Assembly (NCBI GenBank): GCA_030390025.1
Contig: CM059432.1
Location: forward strand, 83,020,001-83,084,000
Direction: 5' to 3'
From: Squalus acanthias
Lineage: Eukaryota
Length of the DNA stretch: 64,000 bases
Of this stretch, positions 1 to 13,225 are shown piece by piece. A model generated the notes under the pieces. It was not told where the DNA came from and ran no database searches. It saw only the letters and a program-made list of their open reading frames with translations. Made by a program: the position numbers and the translations under genes. Each line of letters begins with the position of its first letter. Position 1 is the stretch's first letter.

Positions 1-2068
1 GATATCTAATATTTTGGTACTGTGTGTTTAGTATCTCAGTGGTTCTGGTTAAACTTGTGTAAATAATGTTGTCTTTTTTCCCTTAGGGCAGTGGGTTAAA
101 CTAAGAAGTTTAGTTAGTCTAATAAATAGAGGCATAGCAGGGCACCTCAGTCCCGTTGAATGCACATCCTGTGCCATGTAGGAAGTCCAGGATACTTCTC
201 GTGCATGGACAATCATGTGTGCTGGAAGTGTCGTCAGCTGGAGGAGCTCGAGCTCCGGGGCTTCGGAGCTTGAACAGCAGCTGGCGTCACTGCACTGCAT
301 CCGTGAGGCTGAGGGCTTCGTGGATAGCACATTTCAGGAGGTGGTCATCCCGTAGCTTAAGAGTTTGCAGGCAGAGAGGGGAATGGGTGACCGCCAGACT
401 GACAAGGAGGACCAGGCTGGCAGTGCAGGATTCCCGAGTGCATCTCGCTCTCTAACCGGTATTCAATTCTAAATACTGGCGAGGGCGATGGTTCCTCTGG
501 GGAGTACAGCCAGAGCCAAGGCCATAGCATCATGGGTGGCTCAGCTGTACCGGTGAGGGGGGGGGGGGGGGGGGGGGGGGCAGGAACAGGAAGGAAGGTC
601 AAAAAAGCAATAGTGATATGGGATTCAATAGTTCGGGGAACAGACAGGTGTTTCTGTGGCCGCAGGCGTGACTCCAGGTTGCCTTCCTGGTGCCAGTGTC
701 AAGGAGGTCACTGAGCGGCGAGGGTGAACAGCCAGAGGTCGTGGTCCATATTGGCACCAATGACATAGGTAGAAAGAGGGATGTGGTCCTGCAGACAGAT
801 TTTAGGGAGCTAGGAAAGAGAATAAATAAGCAGGAATTAAAGGTAGTAAACTCCAGATTACTCACGGTGCCACGCACTAGTGAGTACAGAAAGAGGAGGA
901 CAGAGCAGATGAATGAGTGGCTGAAGAGATGGTGCAGGAGGGAGGGCTTTAGATTCCTGAGGCATTGGGACTGGTTCTGGGGAGGTGGGACCTGTACAAG
1001 CCGGATCCAATACCCTCGCTGGCTGAGAGCAAAACAAAGATTGGGGGGAGGGGTGTTGCTGGTGCTGTTGGGGAGGGTTTAAACTAGCTTGGCAGGGGGA
1101 TGGGAACCTGAGCTTAGATTCAGAAGGGAGAAGCAAAGCTCAAAATGGAAGGCAAAAAATTAGTAAGTGAGTTTGGAAACAAAGGCTAGAAAATAGACAA
1201 CAAAGGGGTTTGGCAGTGCTTAATGGTATATCATTCAATGCAAGGAGTCTAGTGAATAAGGCAGATGAGTTGAGGGCACAGACAGGTATGTGGGAGTATG
1301 ATATTATAGCTATTACTGAAACATGGTTGAAAGGAGGGCAGGAATGGCAGCTCAACATTCCTGGTTACAGGGTTTTCAGACGAGAGAGAGGGGGATAAAA
1401 AAAGAGGGGGGGGGGGGTCGCAATATTGGTTAAAGAAACAATTACAGCTGTGAGGAGGGATGATATGTTAGAAGGATCATCAAATGAGGCCGTATGGGTT
1501 GAACTGAAGAACAAAAAAGGGGCAATCACACTGCTGGGAGAGTACTATAGACCCCCAAATAGTCAGAGGGAAATAGAAGAGCAAATATGTAGGCAAATTT
1601 CTGAGAAGTGCAAAAACAATAGGGCAGTAATAGTAGGGGATGTCAACAAACCTAACATTAACTGGGATAGAATCAGTGTAAAAGGTATAGAGGGCGCAGA
1701 ATTCTTAAAATGCATTCAGGAGAACTTTTTTTAGCCAGTACATAGCAAGCCCAACAAGAGAGGGGGCAGTTCTGGATTTAGTTTCAGGGAATGAAACTGG
1801 ACAGGTGGAAGGGGCATCAGTGGGAGAGCATTTTGGGGGTAGTGATCATAATTCAGTTAGATTTAGCATAGTTATGGAAAAGGACAAAGATAGACTAGGT
1901 GTAAAAGTTCTCAACTGGGGAAAGGCCAATTTTACTAAGCTGAGATGTGATTTTGCAAAAGTGGACTGGAAACAGTTACTTGAAGGTAAATCAGTGTCAG
2001 AGCAGTGGGAGGCATTCAAGGAGGAGATAGTGAGGGTTCAGAGCAAATATGTTCCCACAAAGAAAAAG
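1..2068 (+). mobile_element. CR1 LINE, 5' part: decayed ORF1 (zinc-finger/zipper plus SGNH esterase-like) and APE endonuclease of ORF2; 3' part missing
   Basis: ORFs 532-714 and 690-1082 give AIVIWDSIVRG...VVVHIGTNDIG...MNEWLKRWCRREGFRFL (CR1 ORF1 esterase). ORFs 1210-2122 give FNARSL..KADEL, IIAITETWL, YYRPPNS, GSDHNSVRF (APE). Broken by frameshifts and stops. Confidence 0.93.
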
Positions 2069-2139
2069 AGAGCAAAACCAAGATTGGGGCTCTCACATGG
2101 GGAAAAGGCAAACCTGAAATAAAGATGCACAAACTTTAA

Positions 2140-2812
2140 AAAAAATGCTTAAGTTTTTTCATTTTACTTTTTGTTAAAATGGACAAATTTCACACTCCAC
2201 AAAATTAAATTAGTTTTCCAGGCCTTTAACATTTGTTTAGCAGTAATAACGCTGTCAAAACCCCAGTTACACCTCATCCCTTTGGGTCTAATTTGTAGTG
2301 GGGAATGTAACAGCGTACTTACTGCGGAAGAGCTGAAGTTTATCAGTTTCAATGATTTGGCTGATTATACAGATTGCCAGCTCTGTGGCGGGGGACACCG
2401 TGCAACTTGTTTGGGAGCAGTCAATAACTGACCGCAAGTTCGGAATTTCCACATATGCCTGCGCCAAATCCCAAAATTGCGGTCAGTTTCAAAGGTGGAA
2501 TGATGGCAAACGCTGCCAGTTCGCAAATTCCAGGTCATTAATGTTTTCATTTGTTTTTTAAATCTCCAACAATAATTAAAAGCTGAAGGAATGAGACTCC
2601 ACACTTGTAAAGTTAATTTTCAGTGCCAGAGAGGTTGTTTGGTAGTAATTAAGACTCATCACACCACTGAAAATTTACTTACACTGGAATAGACAAGCCC
2701 TAACTTTTTCCGGCATGTTTAGCGGGTATCTATCACGTAATTACCGCAACTTCACGCCCTTCCATGTGTTTCAATGCCAAGTTTTGGTTATTTTTACTGC
2801 AACATCCAGGCC
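2140..2812. mobile_element. MITE-like non-autonomous DNA element (GGCC-ended family); left end lost
   Basis: Right end gcaacatccaggcc resembles the ends of the other copies. Internal actgaccgcaagttcggaatttccac (~2428) is the inverted homolog of gtggaaatcctgaagttgcggtcagt (~58201). Confidence 0.55.
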
Positions 2813-2956
2813 ATTAGCTGGTTCCAAATAATCCTCAATTACATAGTCACTTTCACTAATGTTAAACCTCCAAAAGTTACGTGCAAGATATTTCCCTTTC
2901 ACTTGGTGTCAGTTAGATTATAGCAATCACATACTACACAATACAAATTTTATTCA

Positions 2957-3100
2957 GCTTCGCTCAGTGGTAGCACTCTTGCTCGAGTCAGAAGGATAAG
3001 GGTTCAAGTCTCACTTGAACACATAATCTCGGTTGACACTTCAGCACAGTACTGAAGGTGTGCTGCATTGTCAGAGATGCTGTCTTTCAAATGCGACATT
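2957..3100 (+). mobile_element. DeuSINE (SacSINE1-like), 5' fragment
   Basis: tRNA-like head gctcagtggtagcact...gggttcaagtc followed by the start of the body shared with the copy at 15637. Confidence 0.75.
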
Positions 3101-3109
3101 ACATTTGCA

Positions 3110-3360
3110 AGGTACAGTAGTGCAATGGTTAAATTACTGAATTAGTAATCCAGAGCTCTGGACTAATTTGAATTAAGTTTTTTTTAAAGAAAAATCTAAA
3201 AATAAAAGCAGCTGGTATCAGTAAGTGACCTTGAAGCGGTCCGATCATCATAAAAACCAAACTGGTTCACGAATGTCTTTAGGGAAGGAAGCCTTCCCTT
3301 CCGGTGTAGCTTATATATGACTCCAGTCCCACACCAACATGGTTGACCCTTAACTGCCCT
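3110..3360 (+). mobile_element. Second SINE-like family, degenerate
   Basis: A-box-like start (agtagtgcaatggtt) and a body with ctggttcac..atgtctttagggaaggaa..tgactccag..ggttgaccctaactgccct, recognised as a shark SINE-type body from pattern only. Confidence 0.5.
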
Positions 3361-4102
3361 ATTAAGTAAATACATGAAACAACATTGCAGGTCCTGGACT
3401 ACCAGTGAGCAAAGCTACAGGAGAACTTTTATAATAAATTACTTGTGGTCTGTAGTGACTGGCTGACTGCAGGTTAGGTCCAAATTTTAACTGGTTCAAC
3501 GTAGATTCATGTCCCAGTTTTCTGATTGGCTGTTTTTCCACAGTAAAATTCCTGAACCAATCACAAACTAGGGGACAAAACTGGTCTTTCTAATTGGCAA
3601 TCAGACACCAAGACAAAGATTACATCTCCCTCTAAGAAGCCACAACAGTTCTCCATTCCACAGCAGCTCAATATAAGCACAATAATAAAAAGTACTAACT
3701 TGGTTTCACAACTGACCTACTTCCACCTTCCCTCATAACCCCACCACATTCCTGACCCCTTTGTCACCAGCACCCCTTAACTGCAACCCACTGCTTGCAG
3801 CCATGGCCTCGCGCTCTTAAGGGCCTAGGCCCTTGCCCACAAGCCACTTGTTCCACCATAACTTAAACCCACTCACTTGAGTCTCTGCTTCTGAGCCTCA
3901 GAGGTAGATGCAATAGTTATATTAAAGTAAATCTTCCACAATCATTTTGAAAAAGCATAGGAAACTTTCAACAAATTCATAGCAAATTTTAGTCTTACAG
4001 CCAAATGACCAGATATCAACTTGCCGATAATACCAGAATGGAATATTCCTCTCACCTCCTCAGTTTACCTGCTAAGTGAAAGCTTCAACCCCATTAGCAG
4101 AC

Positions 4103-4527
4103 GTCAGCCCTGGCTGATGGTAGCACACTCACCTCTCAGTCAGAAGGTTGTGGGTTCAAGTCCCACAATAGAGACTTGAACACATAATCCAGTACTTCAC
4201 TGCAGTCATGGAGTGCTGAACTGTCGCAGGTGAAGTATTTTGGATGACACTGCCTTCTCAGGTGGATGTAAAAGATCCCATGGCACTATTTAAAGCAGAT
4301 ATGGGGAGTTCTGCCCAGTGTCCTGCCAATATTTATCCCTCTACAAACATCACGAAAACAGATTATCTGATTATCTCATTACTGTTGGTGGTACTTTACG
4401 CTGCGCGCAAACTGGCTGCCATGTTTCCCTACATTACAACAGTGACTGCACTTCATTTGGTGTAAAGTGCTTTGGGACATCCGGAAGTTTTGAAAGGCAC
4501 TATATAAATGCAAGTTCTTTCTTCTTG
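4103..4527 (+). mobile_element. DeuSINE (SacSINE1-like), near full length
   Basis: tRNA head, Deu core (ggatgtaaaagatcccatggcactattt...gccaatatttatccctc), and L2-like tail gaaaggcactatataaatgcaagttctttc. Confidence 0.88.
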
Positions 4528-4832
4528 TTAAATGTTGCACTCTAATGCCCAAATCAATAACATTTTAGAAAATAATACCTTTGCTTTCAACGTACAAACT
4601 TTACTCCATTTAAGGCATTTGCACACTGCAGGAGTGCAGACAACTGCAGATTTACATTTCTCCCAGCATTAGCTGGACTCCCAAACACAGTATAACTAAT
4701 TAGACAAGCAGCGATTTATAAGAGTACGAATTCATTGTTGGATTAAAGCTTTCTGTTCCTGGAAAGTAAACATAGGGGCTTGGGGGTTCCTCCTCAGGCA
4801 CAACCCAGACACCCGAAATTGCGCCCATTTTG

Positions 4833-5680
4833 CAGTCCGTGCCCGCATGTAGCAAGACCTGGACGACATTCAGGCTTGGGCAGGTAACATCCTCGCCACA
4901 CAAGTGCCGGGCAATGACTATCTCCAACAAGCGAGCATCTAACCACCACCCCTTGACATTCAACGGCATTACCATCGTTGAATCCCCCACCATCTATATC
5001 CTGGGGGTCACCACTGACCAGAAACTTAACTGGACTAGCCACATAAATACTGTGGCAACAAGAGCAGGTCAGAGGCTAGATATTCTGCGGCGAGTGTCTC
5101 ACCTCCTGACTCCCCAAAGCCTTTCCATCATCTACAAGGCACAAGTAAGGAGTGTGATGGAATACTCTCTACTTGCCTGGATGAGTGCAGCTCCAACAAC
5201 ACTCAAGAAGCTCGACACCATCCGGGACAAAGCAGCCAGCTTGATTGGCACCCCATCCACCACCTTAAACATTCACTCCCTCCACCACCGGCGTACCGTG
5301 GCTGCAGCGTGTACCATCTACAAGGTGCACTGCAGCAACTTGCCAAGGCTTCTTCGGCAGCACCTCCTAAACCCGCGACCTCCACCACCTAGAAGGACCT
5401 TTACCACCTAGAAGGACAAGGGCAGTAGACGCATGGGAACACCACCACCTCCAAGTTACACACCATTCTGACTTGGAAGTATATCGCCGTTCCTTCATCG
5501 TCGCTTGATCAAAATCCTGGAACTCCCTACCTAACAGCACTGTGGGGGTACCTTCACCACACGGACTGCAGTGGTTCAAGGCGGCGGCTCACCACCACCT
5601 TCTCTAGGGCAACGAGGGATGGGCAATAAATGCTGGCCTTGCCAGCGACGCCCACATCCCATGAACGAATTTTTAAAAAA
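4833..5680 (+). mobile_element. Second CR1-group LINE family (Zenon-like, tentative), 3' fragment
   Basis: ORF 4830-5411 ILGVTTDQKLNWTSHI...IYKAQVRSVMEYS...HSLHHRRTVAA. 3' end gggcaataaatgctggccttgccagcgacgcccacatccc plus an A-rich tail. Confidence 0.88.
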
Positions 5681-6832
5681 GAGATGTCAAATTACACCCA
5701 AGTATTCTCCCAATCTCATTAGAATACACCCAAACTTAAAATGGGTGAAAATCAGTGTAAATAATCTGGGCCCAAGGAAACCTTGACCACTATATTACTA
5801 CTTTGAGTTTTAAAATTAAAAGTTTCAACTCATTCAACCATCATTCAGCACATCAGTCACAGCTTGTTTAAAAACCTACAATCGGGGAAACATTTACATT
5901 TTTTCTATGATTTATACTTTGCCAAAAAATGCATTAAAAGAAACAGAAAAAACAGGAGTAGGTCTCAAGTGAGGATAATTATCTTTTAAAAGCAAAAAAA
6001 TTGCAATTAAAATACCTTAAAAATGAACATTTCCTGCTGCGTCTGAAAATCGAGCCGCAATGTGAAGCCCCCACCCCCGACAAGCACAATTGGAGGATAC
6101 TAACATTTCAGAGTCGGGGTGGAGATTCGTTCGGACGAATGGTTTGATGGACAGACATAAAAGATTGAGGGGACTTGGGCGGATTGTGATACATGGGTAA
6201 CAAAGTTACACCCAAAATTCTGCGATCTTTTAAGTCACAATCAGTTTGCACCCAGATTAAGAGTGCATCTGGGCACAAATGTGGTGCAAACTCCAGGCCA
6301 GGATGCACACTTGCATTAGGCTGACTTTTAATCTGTTTTTTACTTTACATTTCAATAAATTGTAAAATAATACATCCTCTCCTGGCTGCAAGTCTCAGAC
6401 TAATAAAGGGATTGAAATGGATCGTTGATAAAATAACACTTTCTTCAGTGGAAAATATATCTGCGGCACACATTGCAACAGAGCTAAAAGAAATCAGGAT
6501 CAGGATCTGCATCTTTATAGCTGAGGGATGAACTTCACTATGGAGACCGGCACGCCATGGAAAAGTAAAAAGGGGAAGAGCGGCAATGGAGGTCACTCTG
6601 ATATTGGGACAATTTTTTACATGAAGGTAGAAGCTTGCGATCGGTTTGCTACATGTTTGAATTCTCGTTGACCATCAACCTCTTTGGCATGAAGAGTAAA
6701 TCATTCATTCCTTTCACTCCCCACCCTTTAGCTGTAATGCACCTCAGGGGTTGAAGAGTGAGTTTATACTGCAGATTGGACTAAAGCTGCTGGTGCTCTG
6801 AAATAAAAGCTGCTTCTAAAATCAGATGTGTC

Positions 6833-7185
6833 AGTGTGTACCATCTACAAGGTGCACTGCAGCCCAAGGATTCTTTGACAGCACCTCCCAAACCCGTGAC
6901 CTCTACCAGCAAGAAGGACAAGGGCAGCAGGCACATGGAAACGCCATCACCTCCAAGTTCCCCTCCAAGTCACACACCATCCTGACCTGGAAATATATTG
7001 CTGTTCCAGGATTTTGATTCCGTGACAATGAAGGAACTCCCTAACAGCACTGTGGGTGTACCTTCACCACACGGACTGCAGCGGTTCAAGGCAGCAGCTC
7101 ATCAACACCTTCTCGAAGGCAATTAGGAACGGGCAATAAATGCTGGCCTTGCCAGCGACGCCCACATCCAGTGAATAAGTAAATA
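6833..7185 (+). mobile_element. Second CR1-group LINE family, short 3' fragment
   Basis: Same 3' region and gggcaataaatgctggccttgccagcgacgcccacatcc terminus as 4833-5680. Confidence 0.88.
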
Positions 7186-7363
7186 AATATTTACTTATTC
7201 AATGTTTGGTTGTGGAGCAAACATTTGGGCAGACCAACAATATAAAAACTGCAGCCAAAACAAAATACAGTGGGATAGGTTAACATTTACCATTGGTGTA
7301 TTAGGGAGAAACCACCTCAAAGTGGATCGCTATGCCTCCAGGTACACAAGTGCTGCCTCATTC

Positions 7364-7599
7364 AGATCACAACGCAAAGTCAACAGGTGGAGGCAGCCCT
7401 AGCAGGATTCCTACTACAAAGCATGAAGTGATCTTGCACATTGTCATCCATGTGAAATGCTCTGATCAACTGTATTCATTTAGATCACAACGCAAAGTCA
7501 ACAGGTGGAGGCAGCCCTAGCAGGATTCCTACTACAAAGCATGAAGTGATCTTGCACATTGTCATCCATGTGAAATGCTCTGATCAACTGTATTCATTT
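7364..7599. repeat. Exact 118-bp tandem duplication (2 units)
   Basis: 7364-7481 is repeated at 7482-7599; the junctions carry tcatt(c/t)aga. Confidence 0.95.
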
Positions 7600-7999
7600 A
7601 GAAATTTACTACACAGCATTGTCCCTTTTTAAAAGCAATGGCTTAAGGATAATATATTATAGTTGCAACATTTTGGATCAGTATTAATACCAAAAGCATA
7701 AATTCTTACTAAGAGGCACTGGTTTGAAAAGCAAGTTTATGGGAACTTGTACAATAATAACTCCGCTCAAAAACTGGCTCAATTATAAAAGTGGCAAGTT
7801 CCAGCCTGCTGTGACACACAGGTTTCTGGCAGCGCAAAGTCAAAATGGCAGATTTTCCAGTGAATGTACAACATTTGTTTTTTTTATATACAGAACATTA
7901 AAAAGGCACAGTCTTCATTTAACACATTTTCAGTTGTAATTTCATTGCATCATATGTGAACATCAAAACACTCTCTCAAATGCACAGCATTTCATTGCA

Positions 8000-8310
8000 A
8001 CAGGAATAGGCCATTCAGTACCTCTAGCCTGTTTCACCATTCAATTAGATCACAGCTGATCTGTACCTCAACTCCATTTACCTGCCTTTGTTCCATATCC
8101 ATTGATATCCTTACTTAAAAATCTATTTGATCTCAACCTTGAAAATTTCAATTGATCCAGCATTCATAGCATTTTGAGGGGGGGGGGGGGGGGGGGGGGA
8201 GAAGGAAAGAGAGTGTTCCAGATTTCCACTACTCGTGTGGAAAAATTGCTTCTTGATTTCACTCCTAATTGGTCTAGCTCTAATTTTAAGATGATGCCCT
8301 CTTCATTCCA
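8000..8310 (-). mobile_element. CR1 3' end fragment with an expanded poly-G tract
   Basis: The minus strand reads NFSTRVVEIWNTL (CR1 C-terminus FFTQRVVxxWNxL); 3' UTR motif acaggaataggccattcag. Confidence 0.8.
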
Positions 8311-9693
8311 AAAGCAAGTGCTTAACATTTCATACTGCAGTATGAAATAAGACAGGAAAAAAAAAGGAACCATACAGCGGGCCCACTTCCCTTTGAAAGA
8401 AAAAGGATGGCGTCTCGGACGAAGAAGTGTCTCTTGGCCTCTACCCGATAGGTAAACACATCTTTTCAGATGCTGGCAGACCTGCTGTGTATTTCCACCT
8501 TTTTCTGTTTTTATTTCAGACTTCCAGCCTTTCTAACTTCTTTTCATCTTTTCCTAAGCTATTGCATGGTTACTCTAAAAATTCATATAAAACTTGTAAC
8601 ATTTTACAAAATGGTGGTGCATCGTCATTTCTGAAGTTTTATACTGCTATTTGGTTAGATGGGGCTCGAGATGGGTACTTTCAGTAGGAGGGCCTGCTTT
8701 TTTCCCCACTATGGAGAAGGAATTCCCCAGAAATATCCAGTCCAGGGCAAAAATGACCCTCTTGTCTAACTTGGGGGGGGGGGGGGGGGGGGGGGGGGAA
8801 ATGGCACTGGCACTTGTCACATGCAACTGAAATACAAAAATCACATTGGAACTGATGGGCATTTATTAAGAAATCTGAAACAAATTAGCTTTATTTCCCC
8901 GACATTCTTCTTCCCATTTCTGCTTTAATAAATTTTCACTTCCTGTTCCCAACCCCCAAGTGCCCGCTCCAATCCTAACTTTAAAATACCATTTGTTACC
9001 TTTAATATACAGGATACTGCAGTGTGGGTTACTGGACTCAATCATGAAAATCTCATAAATCACCGAGGTGCTTATGCATTGTGGCTTTCTCATAAAATAA
9101 CACATATGGTAGGAATATGAAAAGGGCATTCTGCCTGTTGAGTGAAATAAGCTCAGTAATACTGAACTACCAGTGCAGCATCTCCAGTATATTTAAAACC
9201 AAAACACTGTTCCCAGAACTGATCTTTTAACATTTCATCCACATACAATAAACAGGTTTCAGTCGATTTTTTCACGTACTTGTAGAAGCAATTAACTACT
9301 TTGGAGAGATCATTAACTGATGCCGGGGCTAACTAGCTGGTCTGAAGCATATGGAAAACTAGAAATGTCAACATAACTTTCATAAACTACTGATTATGAC
9401 CATTACCACAAATGCCCTAAATGTACTCAACCAAGTGAAAAAGGCACAGAAATGTTCAATACTAAATGTCTTTAGCACCAGGAAATTGCATGTTTCTAAT
9501 GATTCATTCTGACATTATTGTATCCAATCTTCAGCAAATTTTCACGATCCCCTTCTTATAAAGATTGCGCTCTTCATCTGGAGGCAAAAGAATACTTCGA
9601 ATGGCCTCTCCAAAGCAGTCAATCGCTACGCTAAGGGAAATGTGTGAAAATACACAATGCTACGGATTTGATGAACCAGGCCACAGTGTAGAA

Positions 9694-12606
9694 CAGGGGT
9701 TCATAACCGGGGGGTGGGGTTTGCCATAAATAACCTCCAGGATTTTTTAAAAATACACTGTCACAAAGGTGGGATTGAGCTGAACAAACTGGCGGCTCTG
9801 GCCACAACACGGTCCTCTGTTTCCCCCCCTCCCGAACATCTGTGCAATGACAGCGGCAGCTGCCACGGAGCCCAGGCCCCCGCTCGCGCACGAAGGGAGA
9901 GAGGCAGCAGTCACTGAACGCAGATTACCCGGCTCGAGATCTCCGCCCTCCTCTCGCCAAGTCCCACTGTATATACAGGCGGACTGGCCCGCAGGCAGAA
10001 CAGTTACAGTACAACCGGCAGAGCGCCGCCGGAACCACCTGCGTGTTCAACCGATTCGACATCTAGACTCGTGACCAAAAGCGTCCAACTGCCCACTTAA
10101 CTTATTCTCCGCAATATCAGAAACTCCCGGTTAGCATTTAGATAGATTTTAGCAAGAGTGTTGTATCGCACTGTAGAATCATAGAATGGTTACAACACAG
10201 AAGGAAGCCATTCGGCCCGTCGAGCCCGTGCCAGCTCTCTGCAAGAGCACTTCAGCCAGTCCCACTCCCCCGCCCTTTCCCCGTAGCCCTGCAAATTTTC
10301 CCCTTCAGGTACTTATCCAATTCCCTTTTGAAAGCCACGACTGAATCTGCCTCCACCACCCTTTCAATCAGTGCATTCCAGATCCCAACCACTCACTGCG
10401 TAAAAAGGTTTTCCTCGTGTCGCCTTTGGTTCTTCTGCCAATCACCTTAAATCTGTGTCCTCTGGTTCTCGACCCTTCCGCCAATGGGAACAGTTTCTCT
10501 TTATCTACTCTGTCTAGACCCCTCATGATTTTGAACACCTCGATCAAATCTCCTCTCAATCTTCTCTGCGCCAAGGAGAACAACTCCGGCTTCCCCAGTC
10601 TATCCATGTAACTGAAGTCCCTCATCCTGGAATCATTCTCGTAAATCTTTTCTGCACCCTCTTCCAAGGCCTTCACATCCTTTCTAAAGTGCAGTGCCCA
10701 GAATTGGACACAATATTCCAGCTGAGATCAGACCAGTGTTTTATAAAGGTTCATCATAACTTCCTTGCTTTTGTACTCTATGCCTCTATTTATGGAAGCC
10801 CAGGATCCCATATGCTTTTGTAACCGCTTTCTTAACCTGCCCTGCCACCTTCAACAATTTGTGCACATATACCCCCAGGTCTCTGTTCATGCACCCCCTT
10901 TAGAATTGTACCCTTTAATTTATATTGCCTCACCTCGTTCTTCCTACCAAAATGTATCACTTCGCACTTTTCTGCGTTAAATTTCATCTGCCATATGTCC
11001 GCCCATTCCACCAGCCTGTCCATGTCTTCTTGAAGTCTATCACTATCCTCCTCACTGTTCACTATACTCCCAAGTTTTGTGTCATCTGCAAATTTTGAAA
11101 TTGTGCCCTGTACACACAAGTCTAAGTCATTGATATATATCAAGAAAAGCAGTGGTCCTAGTACCGACCCCTGGGGAACACACCTTCCTCCAGTCCAAAA
11201 AACCGTTCACCACTACTCTCTGTTTCCTGTCACTTAGCCTATTTCATATCCATGCTGCCACTGTCCCTTTTATTCCATGGGCTTCAACTTTGCTGGCAAG
11301 CCTATTACGTGGCACTTTATCAAACACCTTTTGGAAATCCATGTACACTACATCAACCCCATTGCCTCATCAACCCTCTCCGTTACCTCATCAAAAAACT
11401 CAATCAAGTTAGTTAAACACTATTTGCCTTTAAAAAATCCATGCTGGCTTTCCTTAATTAATCCACACTTATTCAAGTGACTGTTAATTTTGTCTCTGAT
11501 TACGGTTTCTAAAAGCTTCCCCACTACCAAGGTTAAACTGACTGGCCTGTAGTAGCTGGGTTTATCCTTAGACCTTTTTTTGAACAAGGGTGTAACATTT
11601 GCAATTCTCCAGTCCTCTGGCACCACCCCCGTATCTAAAGAGGATTGGAAGATTATGGCCAGTACCTCTGCAATTTCCACCTTTACTTCCCTCAGCATCA
11701 GAGGATGCATCCCATCCGGTCCTGGTGACATATCTACTTTAAGTTCAGACAGCCTTTCTAGTACCTCCTCTTTATCAATTTTTATCCCATCCAGTATCTC
11801 AACTACCTCCTCTTTCATTATGACTTTGGCTGCATCTTCTTCCTTGGTAAAGACAGATGCAAAGTACTCATTTAGTACCTCAGCCATGCCCTCTGCCTCC
11901 ATGCGTAGGTCTCCTTTTTAGTCCCTAATTGGCCCCACCCCTCCTCTTACTACCCGTAGTATAGTTGCAAGGGTGCTGGTTGTCCTTTGGTGTCTAACCT
12001 TATTCATTCTTCACCTGCGAGCCTACACCTTGAGTGTTAGCAGTCTTGCTCTACCAAGGAGGGCATCACAGGCAGACCGGATTGTTCAAACGCAATGTTG
12101 GCCTCCAGCTAGGATTTTAACCCTCCAGGATTGTCCTGTAGTCGCCAGGAATAAAATATTAATCGGGACACTGCTGCAAGCAATTTGGGAGAAAAATCAT
12201 GTGGGCCTGAAAAAAAATTGTTTTTTTAATTTTCATTGTACACTTTTGTTTATCAGTTATGAAAATATTGGCAATAGGGGGAAAAGGCTGTTTGACTGAC
12301 AATCAAGCAGAGAACCAGGACCAGCTGATGTGCCGGGAACAGTCAGTGAGGGAGTCAGGGGTTGCGGGGGAAAAGAGGGAGACTGGGGCTCAGGTGATTG
12401 GGGCTCATGGAGAGAAAGAGGGAGTGGGATGGGCGTGGGGGACCAGTATTTTCTGCAGTACCAGCTTAGCAGCAGCAACATGGTGAGTGGGAGCGGCGCC
12501 GAGAGAATTTTTATACAGAAAAGAAACGTTGTGTGTTACAGGGGGTTCGTGGAATTTTTATAACATGGGAGGGGGGCCTCAGAAGCAAAAAGGGTGAAAA
12601 CCCGTG
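9694..12606. mobile_element. hAT-type (Charlie-like) non-autonomous DNA transposon, ~1.1 kb after removing a nested CR1
   Basis: Perfect 8-bp TSD gtgtagaa at 9686-9693 and 12607-12614. Degenerate TIRs caggggttcataacc / gggtgaaaacccgtg (10 of 15 match). Confidence 0.75.
10174..11957 (-). mobile_element. CR1 LINE, 5'-truncated (RT to 3' end), nested in the hAT element
   Basis: ORFs 11420-11902, 10832-11143 and 10368-10676: SPGPDGMHP, WRIANVTPLFKK, YRPVSLT, IYINDLD..ISKFADDTKLG, RLRGDLIEVFK. (ATTCTATG)-type tail at the left end. Confidence 0.95.
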
Positions 12607-12719
12607 GTGTAGAATATTAACGTTCATTGTGGAAGTTTGTGCTGTCATTTTGTTTGAGAACTGGACCTGAAGCACGGCCAAGTCAGCACGATAGTAATGA
12701 TAGTTTGTAGAGTGCTGTG

Positions 12720-13225
12720 TGCATTACAAATCTGAGCAACAAGAGACCAGTGAAGTGCAAAAGGACAGAAGAGTGTGGAGTTCAGGTGCAAGTGGCCTAA
12801 AGGTATACTTAAGGGGTTAAATAACTAGGTAGCTTAGTATTGGGGGAGGTGGGAAAGAGAGGAGAAAGAACTGAAGCTTGTGACGTGTAGTATCTGCACA
12901 ATAAGAAGTTCTCAATGCTCTGTGTCCAGGAATGACCACATAAGCAGGAAGTGTCTCCAACTGCTTATGCTCAAGCTCAGAAGTTTGTTAAGCAGCTGGG
13001 GACACGCCATTGCATATGGAAGATTGAAGGGTTCCTGGAAGGCACATTACAGGAAGCAATCGCCCCACAGGTAGAGTGAGTTAGTGAGGTAGGGAACTGA
13101 GTGAGCATTCATTAAGGTAGGAAAAGGCAGGAAGCAGTGCAGGGATCCCGAGAGTATTGAATTAACGAACAAGCATTCAGTACTGAATACTTGTGACAAT
13201 GAAAACAACTCAGGAGGAGGCAACC
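12720..13225 (+). mobile_element. Highly decayed CR1 ORF1 remnant
   Basis: ORF 12880-13074 TCSICT...HISRKCLQLLMLKLR resembles the CR1 ORF1 zinc-finger/zipper region seen at 135-360. Confidence 0.55.

Noticed and set aside
7364..7599. CRISPR-like or other repeat-spacer array
   Set aside because: Only two contiguous identical units with no spacers, in eukaryotic context; no such array was seen anywhere in the window.
8405..8530. Second hammerhead in a Penelope-like remnant
   Set aside because: The downstream gatgctggcagacctgctg motif is present, but the CUGANGA/GAAA core is not intact.
9631..10074. CpG-rich region read as a host first coding exon
   Set aside because: The ORFs are short and unrecognisable, and the region lies inside the TSD-bounded hAT element. 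It is treated as cargo instead.
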